From Desulfovibrionales bacterium (lineage in GTDB: Bacteria; Desulfobacterota; QYQD01): a stretch of 64,000 nt of DNA. The stretch is taken from NCBI GenBank assembly GCA_028715605.1, contig JAQURM010000003.1:98810-162809 (forward strand). Reading direction: 5' to 3'. Positions within the stretch are counted from its first letter, which is position 1. Each line of letters starts with the position of its first letter. The notes beneath the pieces are model-generated. The model had not been told where the DNA came from. It made no database searches and worked only from the letters and a program-made list of their open reading frames with translations. Both the position numbers and the translations under genes were made by a program. Shown piece by piece: positions 17,242-27,399 of the stretch.

Positions 17242-18585
17242 CTATGTCTTCTTTTTGCCCCCGGGACGTTCGCTTTTTTCGCGGCGCCGTAAGATAAGCC
17301 GGAGCGGACACCGGTCAAAGGCGAACTTCTCGCGTAGTTGATTGATAAGGTAGCGTTCATAAGAAAAATGGATGGACTCCGGGTAATTGCTGAAGACCAC
17401 AAAGGTAGGCGGCTTTATCCCGGTCTGGGTCATATAGTATAACTTGACGCGGCGCCCGTTTCGGAGAGGCGGTTCGTGATGAGCGAGGATTTCCTTGAGG
17501 GCCTGGTTAACCTTACCGGTGGAGATGCGGGCCGTGTATTGTTCATATACCTTGTCCACAGACTTTAATATACTGTTAACCCGATAACCGCTCACGGCAG
17601 AGATTTTCAACACCGGGGCATAGGCCATAAAAGGCACGGCCACGGTAATATCCTCCATGAGCTTTTTCTTGCGCTTCTCATCATCCTTCACCAAATCCCA
17701 CTTATTAATTGCTATAATACAGCCCTTGTGGTTATCCGAGACATAGCCGAGGATGTGGGTATCCTGCTCGGTAATCCCTTCTGCGGCGTCAACAAGTACA
17801 ATGGCCACGTCGCACTCCGCCAGGCTCTTTAATGCCTTTAGGATGCTGTACTTTTCCAGACGATGGCTGATGCGCCCCTTCTTCCTTATTCCGGCGGTAT
17901 CGATCAGGCGGTATTTTGTCCCGCTCCTTTCCAGGATAGTGTCCACGGAATCACGTGTGGTGCCGGCTATCTCGGTCACCAGCATTCTCTCTTCGCCCAG
18001 TAACCTGTTAACTAGCGAAGATTTGCCGACGTTCGGCCGTCCCAGTATGGCCATCCGTATAACTTCCGGCCCGGCCTCCGCAGCGTCCTCCGCGGGAATG
18101 TGAGCAACAAGCTCATCCAAAAAATCCCTGATGCCATAACCATGCTCAGCCGAAACCCCATAAATATGATTCACTCCGAGCTGGTAAAAATCTAAGAGGA
18201 GGTCTTCCTTTTCCAGGCTATCTATCTTATTTGCCACGTAGAATACCGGTTTTTCTATCTTCCGCAGGCGATCGATGGCTTCATAATCGGTAGCCGTAAG
18301 CTCCTCTCGTCCGTCCATGAGAAAGATGACAGCGTCCGCCTCTTCCATGGCCAGAGTGGTCTGCTCCTGCATCCTTGAGACCAGTTTGTCGCCGCCGGCC
18401 GGTTCGAATCCGCCCGTGTCAACCAGGACAAACCGTTTTCCTTCCCAGGTAACGTCGCCATAGTTTCGATCCCGCGTCACGCCGGGTGTGGAGTCAACGA
18501 TAGCCCTCCGGCTGTGCGTCAGGCGGTTAAAAAAGGTTGATTTACCGGTGTTTGGCCGTCCTACAATAGCTACTAGAAAAGGCAT
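17242..18585 (-). CDS. der: Ribosome-biogenesis GTPase Der (EngA), double GTPase domains plus KH-like domain
   Basis: Two G1 motifs (GRPNTGKST, GRPNVGKSS), DTGG/DTAG motifs, and NKWD/NKID. Confidence 0.95.
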   Translation of the reverse strand: MPFLVAIVGRPNTGKSTFFNRLTHSRRAIVDSTPGVTRDRNYGDVTWEGKRFVLVDTGGFEPAGGDKLVSRMQEQTTLAMEEADAVIFLMDGREELTATDYEAIDRLRKIEKPVFYVANKIDSLEKEDLLLDFYQLGVNHIYGVSAEHGYGIRDFLDELVAHIPAEDAAEAGPEVIRMAILGRPNVGKSSLVNRLLGEERMLVTEIAGTTRDSVDTILERSGTKYRLIDTAGIRKKGRISHRLEKYSILKALKSLAECDVAIVLVDAAEGITEQDTHILGYVSDNHKGCIIAINKWDLVKDDEKRKKKLMEDITVAVPFMAYAPVLKISAVSGYRVNSILKSVDKVYEQYTARISTGKVNQALKEILAHHEPPLRNGRRVKLYYMTQTGIKPPTFVVFSNYPESIHFSYERYLINQLREKFAFDRCPLRLILRRREKSERPGGKKKT

Positions 18586-18595
18586 GAATACCTCA

Positions 18596-19594
18596 TCAGA
18601 TATGACTCACTACCCGGCGTAGTTTCTGGAAAGAAACAAATATCTCCCGGTCCAGGATATTTTTCAAGTTCTTTACAGCCACCGGGATATACGGCTCGAA
18701 AAAAGGCTTTTCCTTTACCCGGGTCAGAAAACCAAAGGCCCCCAGCACCTGTAGGGCTCGTTGCAGGGCTATATACCAGAAATGATGCCGGAAGTCTTCT
18801 TCATTAATCCGGCGCTGCCTCCGCAGCCTGCGAAGATAGGTCTCGAACAATGCCTCTTTCATATCATCCGGCGGGTCAACGTAGGGATCGAAGAGAAGAG
18901 AGGCCAGGTCATAGGCCGGGGGGCCGAGGCGTCCGCCCTGGAAGTCTATTAACCGCAGCCTCCCCTTACAGACCATGAGATTCCTTGACTGGAAATCACG
19001 ATGCAGAAAGAGGGTAGGGGATTGTTCACCGGCCAGGTCAGCCAGCCTTTCAAAATCCGGGGCCAGTTCATCCCGTGTGATCTCCAGCCCCAGGTAGCCT
19101 TGTAAGAAGGCCTGCAGGAAATAGCCGGACTCCCGTTCCAACATAAGCCTCCGGTCATAAACAGGCGTATCAAAACAATACCGGGTATCAAACCCCTCGG
19201 CCCCTCTTATCTGCATGTTCACCAGGATATCCACGGCCTCCAGATACCACCTTTCCGTCGCCCCGGTATTATTTTCTTCCCTGACGGCTCGCTCAAGATG
19301 CCTATCCCCCAGGTCTTCCATGATGATGGCCCCGGTGGCCCGGTCATAACCGTAGATAACCGGTGTGGGGATACCCTTTGCGGCCAGATGCCGGCCTATG
19401 TAATGATATGCCTCACTTTCCTTAAGGTGCAGGGGGTCTTTACTCTCAGGCAGGACAACTATGAGCGATCCTTTAGACCCGGAGATACGATAAAAAGGGC
19501 GGCTCGAACCGTCGCCGGTGAGCATTATAAGGTCCGGCGTTACCCCTCCATCCGTAATCAGAGAAAAATAAGGTTTTATAATATCCTGTAACAC
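18596..19594 (-). CDS. Aminoglycoside-phosphotransferase-fold kinase, AmgK-like (anomeric MurNAc/GlcNAc kinase candidate)
   Basis: APH-family Brenner motif HRDFQSRNLMV and DFQG. Immediately downstream of and co-oriented with an NDP-sugar pyrophosphorylase, as in amgK-murU. Confidence 0.6.
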   Translation of the reverse strand: MLQDIIKPYFSLITDGGVTPDLIMLTGDGSSRPFYRISGSKGSLIVVLPESKDPLHLKESEAYHYIGRHLAAKGIPTPVIYGYDRATGAIIMEDLGDRHLERAVREENNTGATERWYLEAVDILVNMQIRGAEGFDTRYCFDTPVYDRRLMLERESGYFLQAFLQGYLGLEITRDELAPDFERLADLAGEQSPTLFLHRDFQSRNLMVCKGRLRLIDFQGGRLGPPAYDLASLLFDPYVDPPDDMKEALFETYLRRLRRQRRINEEDFRHHFWYIALQRALQVLGAFGFLTRVKEKPFFEPYIPVAVKNLKNILDREIFVSFQKLRRVVSHI

Positions 19595-19597
19595 CGC

Positions 19598-20509
19598 TTA
19601 ATCCCGTGGAAAGACGCCGTGTACCACGGCATTGACAATCCGGCTGTCGGCCTTTACTTTGGCCCCCTCCCAGACTACGGACTGTTTCAGGTGTGTATGA
19701 GGCTCCACAGAGACCCGGTCGCCCAGGGAGACCCAATCTGTAAACTCTACGCCTTCGCCTATGGAGACATCCTCCCCCAGACAAAAGGGGGAGTCACATG
19801 GCAGAAGGTCATCTATCCCTTTCACCCGGCCTTTTAATAAATCGCCATGGAGCGATAGATAGGCCTCTGTCGTTCCGATGTCCGTCCAATAGTGGCCGCT
19901 AACCCTGAAGGCGCCCAGCTTTGCGCCTTTTGAGATAAGGGCGCGATAGGCATCCAGTATATCATAATAGACGCCTTTGGGGATAAGAGAAAGGACATCC
20001 GGATTTATCACATGGATACCGGTAAAGGCCATCCGGCCATCCGGATGAGAGCTAAAGCCCTTTATATAATCCCGGTCGTCAACCAGGACATTGTTGTATT
20101 TCGGATAGTGGTGGAGCGCCATGGTCGCCGTATTGCCTGAAGCGATATGGAAACTATAGGCCGCCTTTAAGTCTATGGTGGTAAATATATCCCCATTGAT
20201 TACCAGGAAGGGCGCGTCATCCAGGAAACGCCCGGCATTTCTAAGGCCGCCGCCCGTACCCAGGATTACCTCCTCGTGAAGGACGTGGGCAGTAATTCCT
20301 GAGAGATTATGTTTTTCAAGGAATGCCGCAATCTGATCGCCCAGGTGATGGGTATTGACCTCTATCTCAGTCACCCCGGCACGCCGGAGCTGCTCAATTA
20401 TTACTGCCAGAAGGGGTTTATTGAGGACCGGGAAAAGGGGCTTGGGCTTAAGGAGAGTGAGCGGCCTTAAGCGTGTACCAAACCCGGCTGCCAGAATCAT
20501 GGCCTTCAT
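19598..20509 (-). CDS. NDP-sugar pyrophosphorylase (MurU/GlmU-like nucleotidyltransferase) with a C-terminal left-handed beta-helix
   Basis: MILAAGFGTRLRPLT..KPK signature. C-terminal hexapeptide repeats (GEDVSIGEGVEF...RVSV). Confidence 0.65.
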   Translation of the reverse strand: MKAMILAAGFGTRLRPLTLLKPKPLFPVLNKPLLAVIIEQLRRAGVTEIEVNTHHLGDQIAAFLEKHNLSGITAHVLHEEVILGTGGGLRNAGRFLDDAPFLVINGDIFTTIDLKAAYSFHIASGNTATMALHHYPKYNNVLVDDRDYIKGFSSHPDGRMAFTGIHVINPDVLSLIPKGVYYDILDAYRALISKGAKLGAFRVSGHYWTDIGTTEAYLSLHGDLLKGRVKGIDDLLPCDSPFCLGEDVSIGEGVEFTDWVSLGDRVSVEPHTHLKQSVVWEGAKVKADSRIVNAVVHGVFPRD

Positions 20510-20636
20510 ATTATCTCTTAAGCTATCGGCTTTCAGCTATCAGCAGTCAGCCTTTAACGCTCGACGTTCGAGTTATTTTATTAGAAAAACCAGGATGGCG
20601 GGGATAAAGCGGGGGTTGGAATCCATTAACCGGAAG

Positions 20637-20939
20637 TTAAGCCTTTAATTTGTCAATACTCTCCTTTACCTCACGGGCTTCCTTCACTCCAGGGAGATCG
20701 TCCACGGCCTTTTCCAGGGGATTCTGGTCCCTCACCGCAGTTGTATCTTGTTTTGTCTTATTATCTGTTTGTTCAGAAAGAAGCCCTTTGCTGTCTTCTT
20801 CGATATCATTCAGGCCTTTTTTAAAGGAACGAATCCCTTTCCCCAGATCCCGGCCAATTTCCGGGAGCTTTTTGGCGCCGAAGATAAAAAAGGCCACTAC
20901 TAAGATAATGACCAGTTCCTGAGTTCCCAACCCGAACAT
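20637..20939 (-). CDS. Twin-arginine translocase TatA/TatB-family protein (longer paralog)
   Basis: MFGLGTQELVIILVVAFFIFGAKKLPEIGRDLGKGIRSFKKG. Confidence 0.8.
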   Translation of the reverse strand: MFGLGTQELVIILVVAFFIFGAKKLPEIGRDLGKGIRSFKKGLNDIEEDSKGLLSEQTDNKTKQDTTAVRDQNPLEKAVDDLPGVKEAREVKESIDKLKA

Positions 20940-20970
20940 CTCTATCCTCCTGGCTTGCCCCCGGAATCAC

Positions 20971-21171
20971 CTAATCATCGGAAGGGGGGTTATTTTTCCC
21001 CTCTATTTTAGACCGGTCGGACGGGGTCTCTTCCTCTCCCCGGATGCTCTTGCGAAAGTTTCGTATGCCCTTACCGATGCCAGCCCCTATCTGCGGCAAT
21101 TTACCCGCGCCAAAGATAACCAGAATAATGACCAGAATAATCAAAAGCTCCGGCATTCCTAATCCGAACAT
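20971..21171 (-). CDS. tatA: Twin-arginine translocase TatA/E-family protein
   Basis: [42 protein letters not shown]. Confidence 0.8.
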   Translation of the reverse strand: MFGLGMPELLIILVIILVIFGAGKLPQIGAGIGKGIRNFRKSIRGEEETPSDRSKIEGKNNPPSDD

Positions 21172-21299
21172 GAAAGAAAATCCTCCGAGAGGCCTGAATA
21201 ATAGAGTACTGGATCATTATTAACACCCTTTTATTGTGGCTGTCAATTAAAAAGGCTCCGGGCTTATGCCCGCTGACTAATTGGTACTACCCGATCGTC

Positions 21300-22346
21300 C
21301 TATACATTAAACCGGAAGTTTATTATGTCGCCGTCCTGGACGATGTAGTCACGGCCCTCCAGCCGAGCCAGTCCCTTTTTTTGGGCCTGGGCATAGGAAC
21401 CGTGCTCCACAAGATCACCATACGCCAGTACCTCGGCCCGGATAAACCCCTTCTCTATATCGGAATGTATCACGCCCGCCGCCTTCCGGGCAGGCGTGCC
21501 TTTCGTAATTGTCCAGGCACGCACCTCGTCCTTTCCTACGGTAAAGAAAGAAATAAGTCCCAAAAGGGCATAGGAATAACGTATAATTCTTTGCAATGCC
21601 GGTTCGGCATCCACCTCCAGACCGCCGCGGAAAACTTCAGACTCCTCCGGGCTTAACTGCGCAAGCTCCATTTCGATCTGGCCGCAGACCTCGGCGACCA
21701 TGGTGTTGGGCGGCGCCCCGGAAATCTCCACCTTTGGATATTTCTCTCCATTATTGATAACCCACAAGATTGGTTTTGCCGAAAGGAGGGAAAATCCTCT
21801 GAGGAGGGGTGAAGACACTGCCTCACTGAGGGAGCGCAGAGGTTTTTCCTCTTCCAGTGCAGTAAGACACATGGAAAGTAGATTATGCTCTTCTTCGTCT
21901 ATCTTCCGTCCCCTTTTTTTGTCTTCTTCTATCCTGGCAAGCCTCTTTTCTACCACGATAAGGTCAGCCAGTATAAGTTCAGATTCTACCTTCCCTATAT
22001 CAGACCGGGCCGCAGGCGCGATACCGCCTGTCTCAAAGTTACGGGCTACAAGCACGATGGCATCTGCCGGCCGCACAAGAGTCCATAGTTTTTCGTCAAG
22101 AGGTTTGTCCTTTTCGCCGGAGCTGTCAAGGCCGCCTACATCCGCATACTCAACGTGGGCATAGATAGTCTTTTGAGGCTCATACATAGTGGAAAGCAGG
22201 TCCACACGGCCATCCGGCACCTTTACCACACCGATATTGGCTTCCCTGGATCGTCCTCCCGCAGATATCGCCGCGTGTCCCCTGGTCAGGGCATTAAAGA
22301 GTGTGGTTTTACCGGAACCGGGCAGGCCAATTATAGCCAGTTTCAT
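21300..22346 (-). CDS. ychF: Ribosome-binding ATPase YchF (OLA1) with C-terminal TGS domain
   Basis: GLPGSGKTTLFNALT, NFETGG, and a C-terminal TGS domain (RAWTI.KGT.A..AAG.IHSD...GFIRAEV). Confidence 0.9.
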   Translation of the reverse strand: MKLAIIGLPGSGKTTLFNALTRGHAAISAGGRSREANIGVVKVPDGRVDLLSTMYEPQKTIYAHVEYADVGGLDSSGEKDKPLDEKLWTLVRPADAIVLVARNFETGGIAPAARSDIGKVESELILADLIVVEKRLARIEEDKKRGRKIDEEEHNLLSMCLTALEEEKPLRSLSEAVSSPLLRGFSLLSAKPILWVINNGEKYPKVEISGAPPNTMVAEVCGQIEMELAQLSPEESEVFRGGLEVDAEPALQRIIRYSYALLGLISFFTVGKDEVRAWTITKGTPARKAAGVIHSDIEKGFIRAEVLAYGDLVEHGSYAQAQKKGLARLEGRDYIVQDGDIINFRFNV

Positions 22347-22423
22347 TTAGCGCCCTTTCTTGATTCGTTTTTGCAAATATAACGCCTTCTATAGTGAATG
22401 TCATTAGTCAATAGTCATTAGTC

Positions 22424-22552
22424 ACTGGTAAAAGCTGTCAGCATTCAGCTATCGGCATGAAGCCGGTCCACCGTTCACTGTTGACCGTTTACCGAAAAAA
22501 ATGTCGGAAAACGGCTAACGGTTAACGGATAACAATCATGCTGATGGCTGAA
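22424..22552. repeat. Repeat family 2, copy b, with an outer inverted repeat GCTGTCAGCATTCAGC..GCTGAATGCTGACAGC
   Basis: ccaccgttcactgttgaccgtttaccg...cggctaacggttaacggataac, flanked by a perfect 16-nt inverted repeat. Confidence 0.8.
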
Positions 22553-22684
22553 TGCTGACAGCCTGATAAATAACATCTGCTTATGAATAATGCAATGACG
22601 TGACGGGAAAAGGTATACGAGACATGGAATCTACGAAGAAGAGACACAATGATGTCATTATATATAGTGTTAAAAGGTTAGCTG

Positions 22685-23908
22685 TTATGGGGGTGGGAGG
22701 AGCTTGAAAATAGCATAAAAGGTGGACCCACGACCCGGTTCACTATCTACAAAAATTTCACCGTCGTGGAGCTGGATGATTTCCCTGACTACTGCGAGTC
22801 CGATGCCCATACCCGGGGCCTTAGTTGAATGCGAAGATTTGGCCCGGTAATATCGCTCAAAGACCTTTCCCTGTTCTTCAGACGGGATGCCAATACCCGT
22901 ATCTTTAACTGAAATACACACCTTTTCCAGACCATAGGCCCTGGCCTCAATTTTAACGCTGCCTCCAGGCTGGTTGTATTTCACGGCATTGGAAAAAAGG
23001 TTATTAAACACCCTGCTCAACTGATGTGCGTCGCCCTGTATAATCATGGGGCCGTGTTCTATCTCTGTTTCCATAATTATATTTTTGAGTTCGGCGAGGG
23101 GTTCCAGCCAGGCCAAGCTTTTCCTTAAAACATCGCTGATATCTACCTCTCCTTTGTTTATAACCGGCTTTCCAGTCTTGGCCCGGGAATAATTCTCAAG
23201 GCATTCTACCAGCTCAGCCTCACGACTAATGGCCATGGAACAACTCCGCAGGAATTTGTCCTGCTTGGCCGTAAGCGGACCTGCTTTCTCACTCAACATC
23301 ATATCGACAAAGCCTTTGACCGCCGTCAAGGGTGTCTTCAAATCATGAACGATGCCGGCCAGGTATTGACTCCTCATTTGATCGAGAGTTTGAATTTCTG
23401 CATAGGCCTTTTCAACCCCGGTCTCTCTTTTCTGTTGCTCTGTAATGCCCCTGGCAACTGTCAGGAAGAATTTCTTTGAATGGCAGTATATGGCACGGCA
23501 ACTTACCTCTACAGGTTTTGCTTTGCCATTTTTACAGACATAAGCTGTTTTAAAGGTAACCGGCTGGTCATTTATATCCTTCGTAAAAAGGCGGGCAGGT
23601 ATTTTTGCTACTCCTGAAGCAGCGATATCACGATACCGCATACCTAATATCTCATCCTGTGAGTAGCCAAGCTCTATGCACACAGAAGGGCTGACTTCGA
23701 CGATATTACCTTTGCGATCTAACACGACGACCTGCTCGGGGATATGTGCGAATAAGACCTCGTATGTATCAGCCCCCAGAGCAGATGCAGGTCTGAAGTT
23801 ATTAAAATCGATTTCTGGATTGATCTCTGGTGGATAAAGATCATCTATGAACTCTTTATTATTAATCCAGGATTTTTTTCTTATTTCGGCAAGCGATCCG
23901 TTTAGCAT
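22685..23908 (-). CDS. PAS-domain sensor histidine kinase
   Basis: PAS segment. HisKA H-box HDLKTPLTAV. HATPase N/G boxes (NAVKYN, DTGIGIP, GMGIGL). Confidence 0.85.
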   Translation of the reverse strand: MLNGSLAEIRKKSWINNKEFIDDLYPPEINPEIDFNNFRPASALGADTYEVLFAHIPEQVVVLDRKGNIVEVSPSVCIELGYSQDEILGMRYRDIAASGVAKIPARLFTKDINDQPVTFKTAYVCKNGKAKPVEVSCRAIYCHSKKFFLTVARGITEQQKRETGVEKAYAEIQTLDQMRSQYLAGIVHDLKTPLTAVKGFVDMMLSEKAGPLTAKQDKFLRSCSMAISREAELVECLENYSRAKTGKPVINKGEVDISDVLRKSLAWLEPLAELKNIIMETEIEHGPMIIQGDAHQLSRVFNNLFSNAVKYNQPGGSVKIEARAYGLEKVCISVKDTGIGIPSEEQGKVFERYYRAKSSHSTKAPGMGIGLAVVREIIQLHDGEIFVDSEPGRGSTFYAIFKLLPPP

Positions 23909-24059
23909 GTCCTTTGGTCTTTCTCACTTTCTTTTAACGAGGTTTTATGTAATTATCCATCGACCTTATTAATTGAATTCATAAGAATATTTGGGCAATG
24001 TGCATTTTTTCTCTTATTATGGCCCTTGATACGGTGAATAAAGAGATTCAAAAGATAAC

Positions 24060-24650
24060 GTGTTAATCATGCAAAGCGGGCAATCTCGGATAGCGGCGGT
24101 CGAATACTGGAGGAAGGCCTTTCATCTTTGCGGCCTGTGCATCCCCTTGGCCTACATGTATCTGCCGGAAAATATTTTTTTGCGTCTCTTTTTTCCGATG
24201 GCAGCCGCCTTCATAATCATTGACTTGGCCAAGCTCAAAATAAAATGGCTGGGAAGGATATACCTGCGGGTCGCCAAAAATCTATTACGCGACAGGGAAT
24301 ATAGCGGGCCTGCGGCCAGTCTTTACTATCTCATTGGTTCCGGCCTGACTATCATCCTCTTTCCAAAACAGATCGCTATTGCGGCGCTGGCAGTACAAAC
24401 CATATCCGATACCGTGGCTGCTTTAGCCGGTCAGCGCTTAGGGAGACACAAAATAGGGAATAAGACTGTAGAGGGAAGTGTGGCCTTCTTCGTTTCGGCC
24501 TGGATAATTCTGGCCGTATATTTCGGCCGTGAGCCCTTAAAACATTTTATACCCGCCCTGGCTGGAACTCTGGCCGAGCTTTTCCCTATCCCTATCGATG
24601 ACAATCTGACTGTCCCGCTGGTCATAGGCCTGTCCTACGTGATCTTTTAG
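24060..24650 (+). CDS. CTP-transferase-like integral membrane protein (CdsA/dolichol-kinase family)
   Basis: Multi-TM protein. C-terminal GQRLGRHKIGNKTVEGSVAFF resembles the CdsA-family signature. Confidence 0.55.
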   Translation: MLIMQSGQSRIAAVEYWRKAFHLCGLCIPLAYMYLPENIFLRLFFPMAAAFIIIDLAKLKIKWLGRIYLRVAKNLLRDREYSGPAASLYYLIGSGLTIILFPKQIAIAALAVQTISDTVAALAGQRLGRHKIGNKTVEGSVAFFVSAWIILAVYFGREPLKHFIPALAGTLAELFPIPIDDNLTVPLVIGLSYVIF

Positions 24651-24854
24651 AGTCTCCCTATATCTTAAGAACCTCCAGTCTCTTCGCTTCACGGCTTGCA
24701 CAGCGACCCCTTCAAGGCTCGCAGGTGGAGAATGTTTGCCCCTTCCAGCCACTAAAGGGCTGGCTTTCCCCTTCCTGCTCTCTCTCGATGGGTACCCCGC
24801 TACTCCAGCAAGTTTCGCTCAGAAACATAGGGGTTCCGTAACAATTTAGCGTTT

Positions 24855-25000
24855 TGAAAATGCATGACAAAAAGTGCAAAGAACATATCAAATCTGGAAA
24901 TCAGGAAATCAGGAATGCGTTTTTCTTCATGAGTTCCTGAGTTCCAGATTAAAACGTCTTTCTGAATGTAGGACGATTTCAAACACCTAAAGTGTTACGG
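24855..25000. repeat. MITE-like element family 3, inverted copy
   Basis: Its reverse complement matches 7585-7660 (gtaacac.ttaggtgtttgaaa..gtcctacattcagaaa...ctggaactca..aactcatg). Confidence 0.75.
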
Positions 25001-25081
25001 GGTTCCTAAAAAGCAGGGGAACTTCAGACGTAATCTTAGGTTGACGGCACCTATATCGGCTGGTATGTTACTTTTTAAGCT

Positions 25082-26413
25082 ATGACTGATCTCAAAACCG
25101 TAACTATCATCGGCGGCGGGCTGGCCGGAAGCGAAGCCGCCTACCAGATTGCTAAAAGAGGCATCCGGGTCAGTCTTCATGAGATGAAACCGGTCAGGTT
25201 CTCGCCCGCCCACCAATCTCAAAATCTGGCTGAACTGGTTTGCAGCAACTCACTCCGGTCCGATGCCCTGGATTCTGCCGTGGGCCTGCTCAAGGAAGAG
25301 ATGCGCCGCATGGGTTCTCTCGTTATGGAGGCGGCGGATAATACCAAAGTCCCGGCTGGAAAAGCGCTGGCTGTTGACCGGGAGCGCTTTTCTTCTTACA
25401 TAACACAAAAAATAGCTGTCCATCCCTTGATAACCATAGTGCGCGAAGAGGTCACGGAAATTCCGGAAGAGGGCATAACCATTATTGCTACCGGCCCCTT
25501 GACCTCGGAGGGGCTATCTAAAAGATTGGGAGAACTGATCGGCGAAAATTACCTGTATTTCTACGATGCCATAGCCCCCATTATCTTCAAGGACTCCATC
25601 GACTTCAATGTGGCCTTCAAGGCCTCACGTTATGCAGAGGGCGAGGGAGATTATCTGAACTGCCCTATGGATGAGAAACAATACGAGGATTTTATCCGGG
25701 CATTAAAGGAGGCCGAGAAAGTGCCTCTGAAACCGTTTGAAAAGCCCGTCTATTTTGAGGGGTGCCTGCCCATCGAGGTCATGGCCGAACGGGGGGATGA
25801 GACTCTTCGGTTCGGTCCCATGAAGCCGGTAGGATTAAGAGACCCGCGTGCAGGAAAAGAGGCCTACGCCGTGGTGCAGTTAAGACAGGAAAATGTGGCC
25901 GGGACGCTTTACAACATGGTTGGGTTCCAGACCAAACTCAAATGGCCGGAACAGGAACGCATCTTCCGTATGATACCCGGCCTGGAAAAGGCAGAGTTTG
26001 CCCGTCTGGGCAGCATCCACCGCAACACCTTTGTCAAGGCGCCTGTGGTTATTACCAAGACTCTCCAATTACAAAAAAATAAAAATATTTTTCTGGCCGG
26101 TCAGATATCCGGGGTGGAAGGCTATGTGGAATCTACTGCCATGGGATTGATAACCGGGATAAACGCTGCCCTTCTGGCCGGTGGTAAGGAAATGATTGCG
26201 CCGCCGGATGCTACAGCCCACGGGGCGCTGATAAACCACATAACGGAAAGCAAACCCGAATCATTCCAGCCTATGAATGTCAACTTCGGCCTCTTCCTCC
26301 CACTCTCCGGGAAAATCCCCAAGAAAAAGCGTGGAGAGGGTTACGCAGAAAGGGCGCTGGCGGCACTAGAGATATGGATAAAAGAAAAAGATGTGCTTGT
26401 CCACGATGTATAG
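25082..26413 (+). CDS. trmFO: Methylenetetrahydrofolate--tRNA-(uracil-5)-methyltransferase TrmFO (Gid)
   Basis: FAD-binding [18 protein letters not shown] and the conserved TrmFO core. 443 aa. Confidence 0.9.
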   Translation: MTDLKTVTIIGGGLAGSEAAYQIAKRGIRVSLHEMKPVRFSPAHQSQNLAELVCSNSLRSDALDSAVGLLKEEMRRMGSLVMEAADNTKVPAGKALAVDRERFSSYITQKIAVHPLITIVREEVTEIPEEGITIIATGPLTSEGLSKRLGELIGENYLYFYDAIAPIIFKDSIDFNVAFKASRYAEGEGDYLNCPMDEKQYEDFIRALKEAEKVPLKPFEKPVYFEGCLPIEVMAERGDETLRFGPMKPVGLRDPRAGKEAYAVVQLRQENVAGTLYNMVGFQTKLKWPEQERIFRMIPGLEKAEFARLGSIHRNTFVKAPVVITKTLQLQKNKNIFLAGQISGVEGYVESTAMGLITGINAALLAGGKEMIAPPDATAHGALINHITESKPESFQPMNVNFGLFLPLSGKIPKKKRGEGYAERALAALEIWIKEKDVLVHDV

Positions 26414-26523
26414 ACATGCCTCTATTGCCAAACCGTTGAAGCCGAACCTTGACGGCTTCGTAAAAAGTCCATTTGCTGCGTTGTCCGCCTCCGGCGGATC
26501 ACTGCGGCGTAGCTATGGAAATA

Positions 26524-26600
26524 GTTCACCGTTCACTGTTTACCGTTCACCGTAAGTGCATGGTTTGTTGACGGACAACGGATAACGGTCAACGGATAAT
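26524..26600. repeat. Repeat family 2, copy c
   Basis: gttcaccgttcactgtttaccgttcaccg...gacggacaacggataacggtcaacggataa. Confidence 0.8.
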
Positions 26601-26681
26601 AGGATTTGCGCGCCTTACAACCGGAGTTTTTTACTGTGCCGTCCATGCTTTGATTTTTTACGAGCTCATCAACTTTATCCT

Positions 26682-26969
26682 TTAACCCTTCAGTGACTTG
26701 ATAAATTCATCAATCGGGATTGCCGCTAAGGTCATGCCTTGCATGGTGCCCCGGGCCCCAAGCTCCACGGAAACCCTGGTGACCGTGGTATTATCCGGCG
26801 CCTCCAGGATATTGACAAAGTCATAGGGGCCGAGCACGGCATACTGGGCCAATATTTTTACGCCCATGGCCTCCACTTCCTTGTTCACCTCTTTGATTCG
26901 TTCCGGATGTTTTTTGAGGGTCTCTCTGCCTTCACCGGTTAAACTGCTAAGCATCACATAAATACCCAT
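26682..26969 (-). CDS. GYD-domain protein (small, about 96 aa)
   Basis: Internal ATG at 26969 (MGIYVMLSSLTGEGRETLKKHPERIKEV...), a typical GYD-family N-terminus. The upstream extension in the ORF track is unlikely. Confidence 0.6.
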   Translation of the reverse strand: MGIYVMLSSLTGEGRETLKKHPERIKEVNKEVEAMGVKILAQYAVLGPYDFVNILEAPDNTTVTRVSVELGARGTMQGMTLAAIPIDEFIKSLKG

Positions 26970-27399
26970 GGCAAGCCTCCGTCGGAAATAGGTTTTTATC
27001 TTAATTTTATGATTGCAAATCTGCGTGGTCCTTGTCAACAGAAATTCTATTTTCAGCATCCCACAGCGACCGTTGCAGTATAGATCGCTATCAGTCGCCT
27101 GATAAAGGTTAGCATGACCTGTGCGAAAAATAACTTTTATTTTTCTTGACAAACTGAATGCAAATTCATAGTCTTTAATTAAAGGATACGCAACTAAATC
27201 TATTTTTTAACAAACGAGGATTTCCATGGATGGAAGCCCGCAGCCCTCTAAAAAATCAAATCTCACATATATACTCCCTGTTGAGCTTGGGTCGGCGACT
27301 GAGAGAAGGGTCGGCCCGTTCCTTCCGGATAAACTGTTTTTCTCCGAAACTGCGTGAGGCTTAAAAACATAAAAAGGGCTTAGGCCCGAGGAGGTAAAA

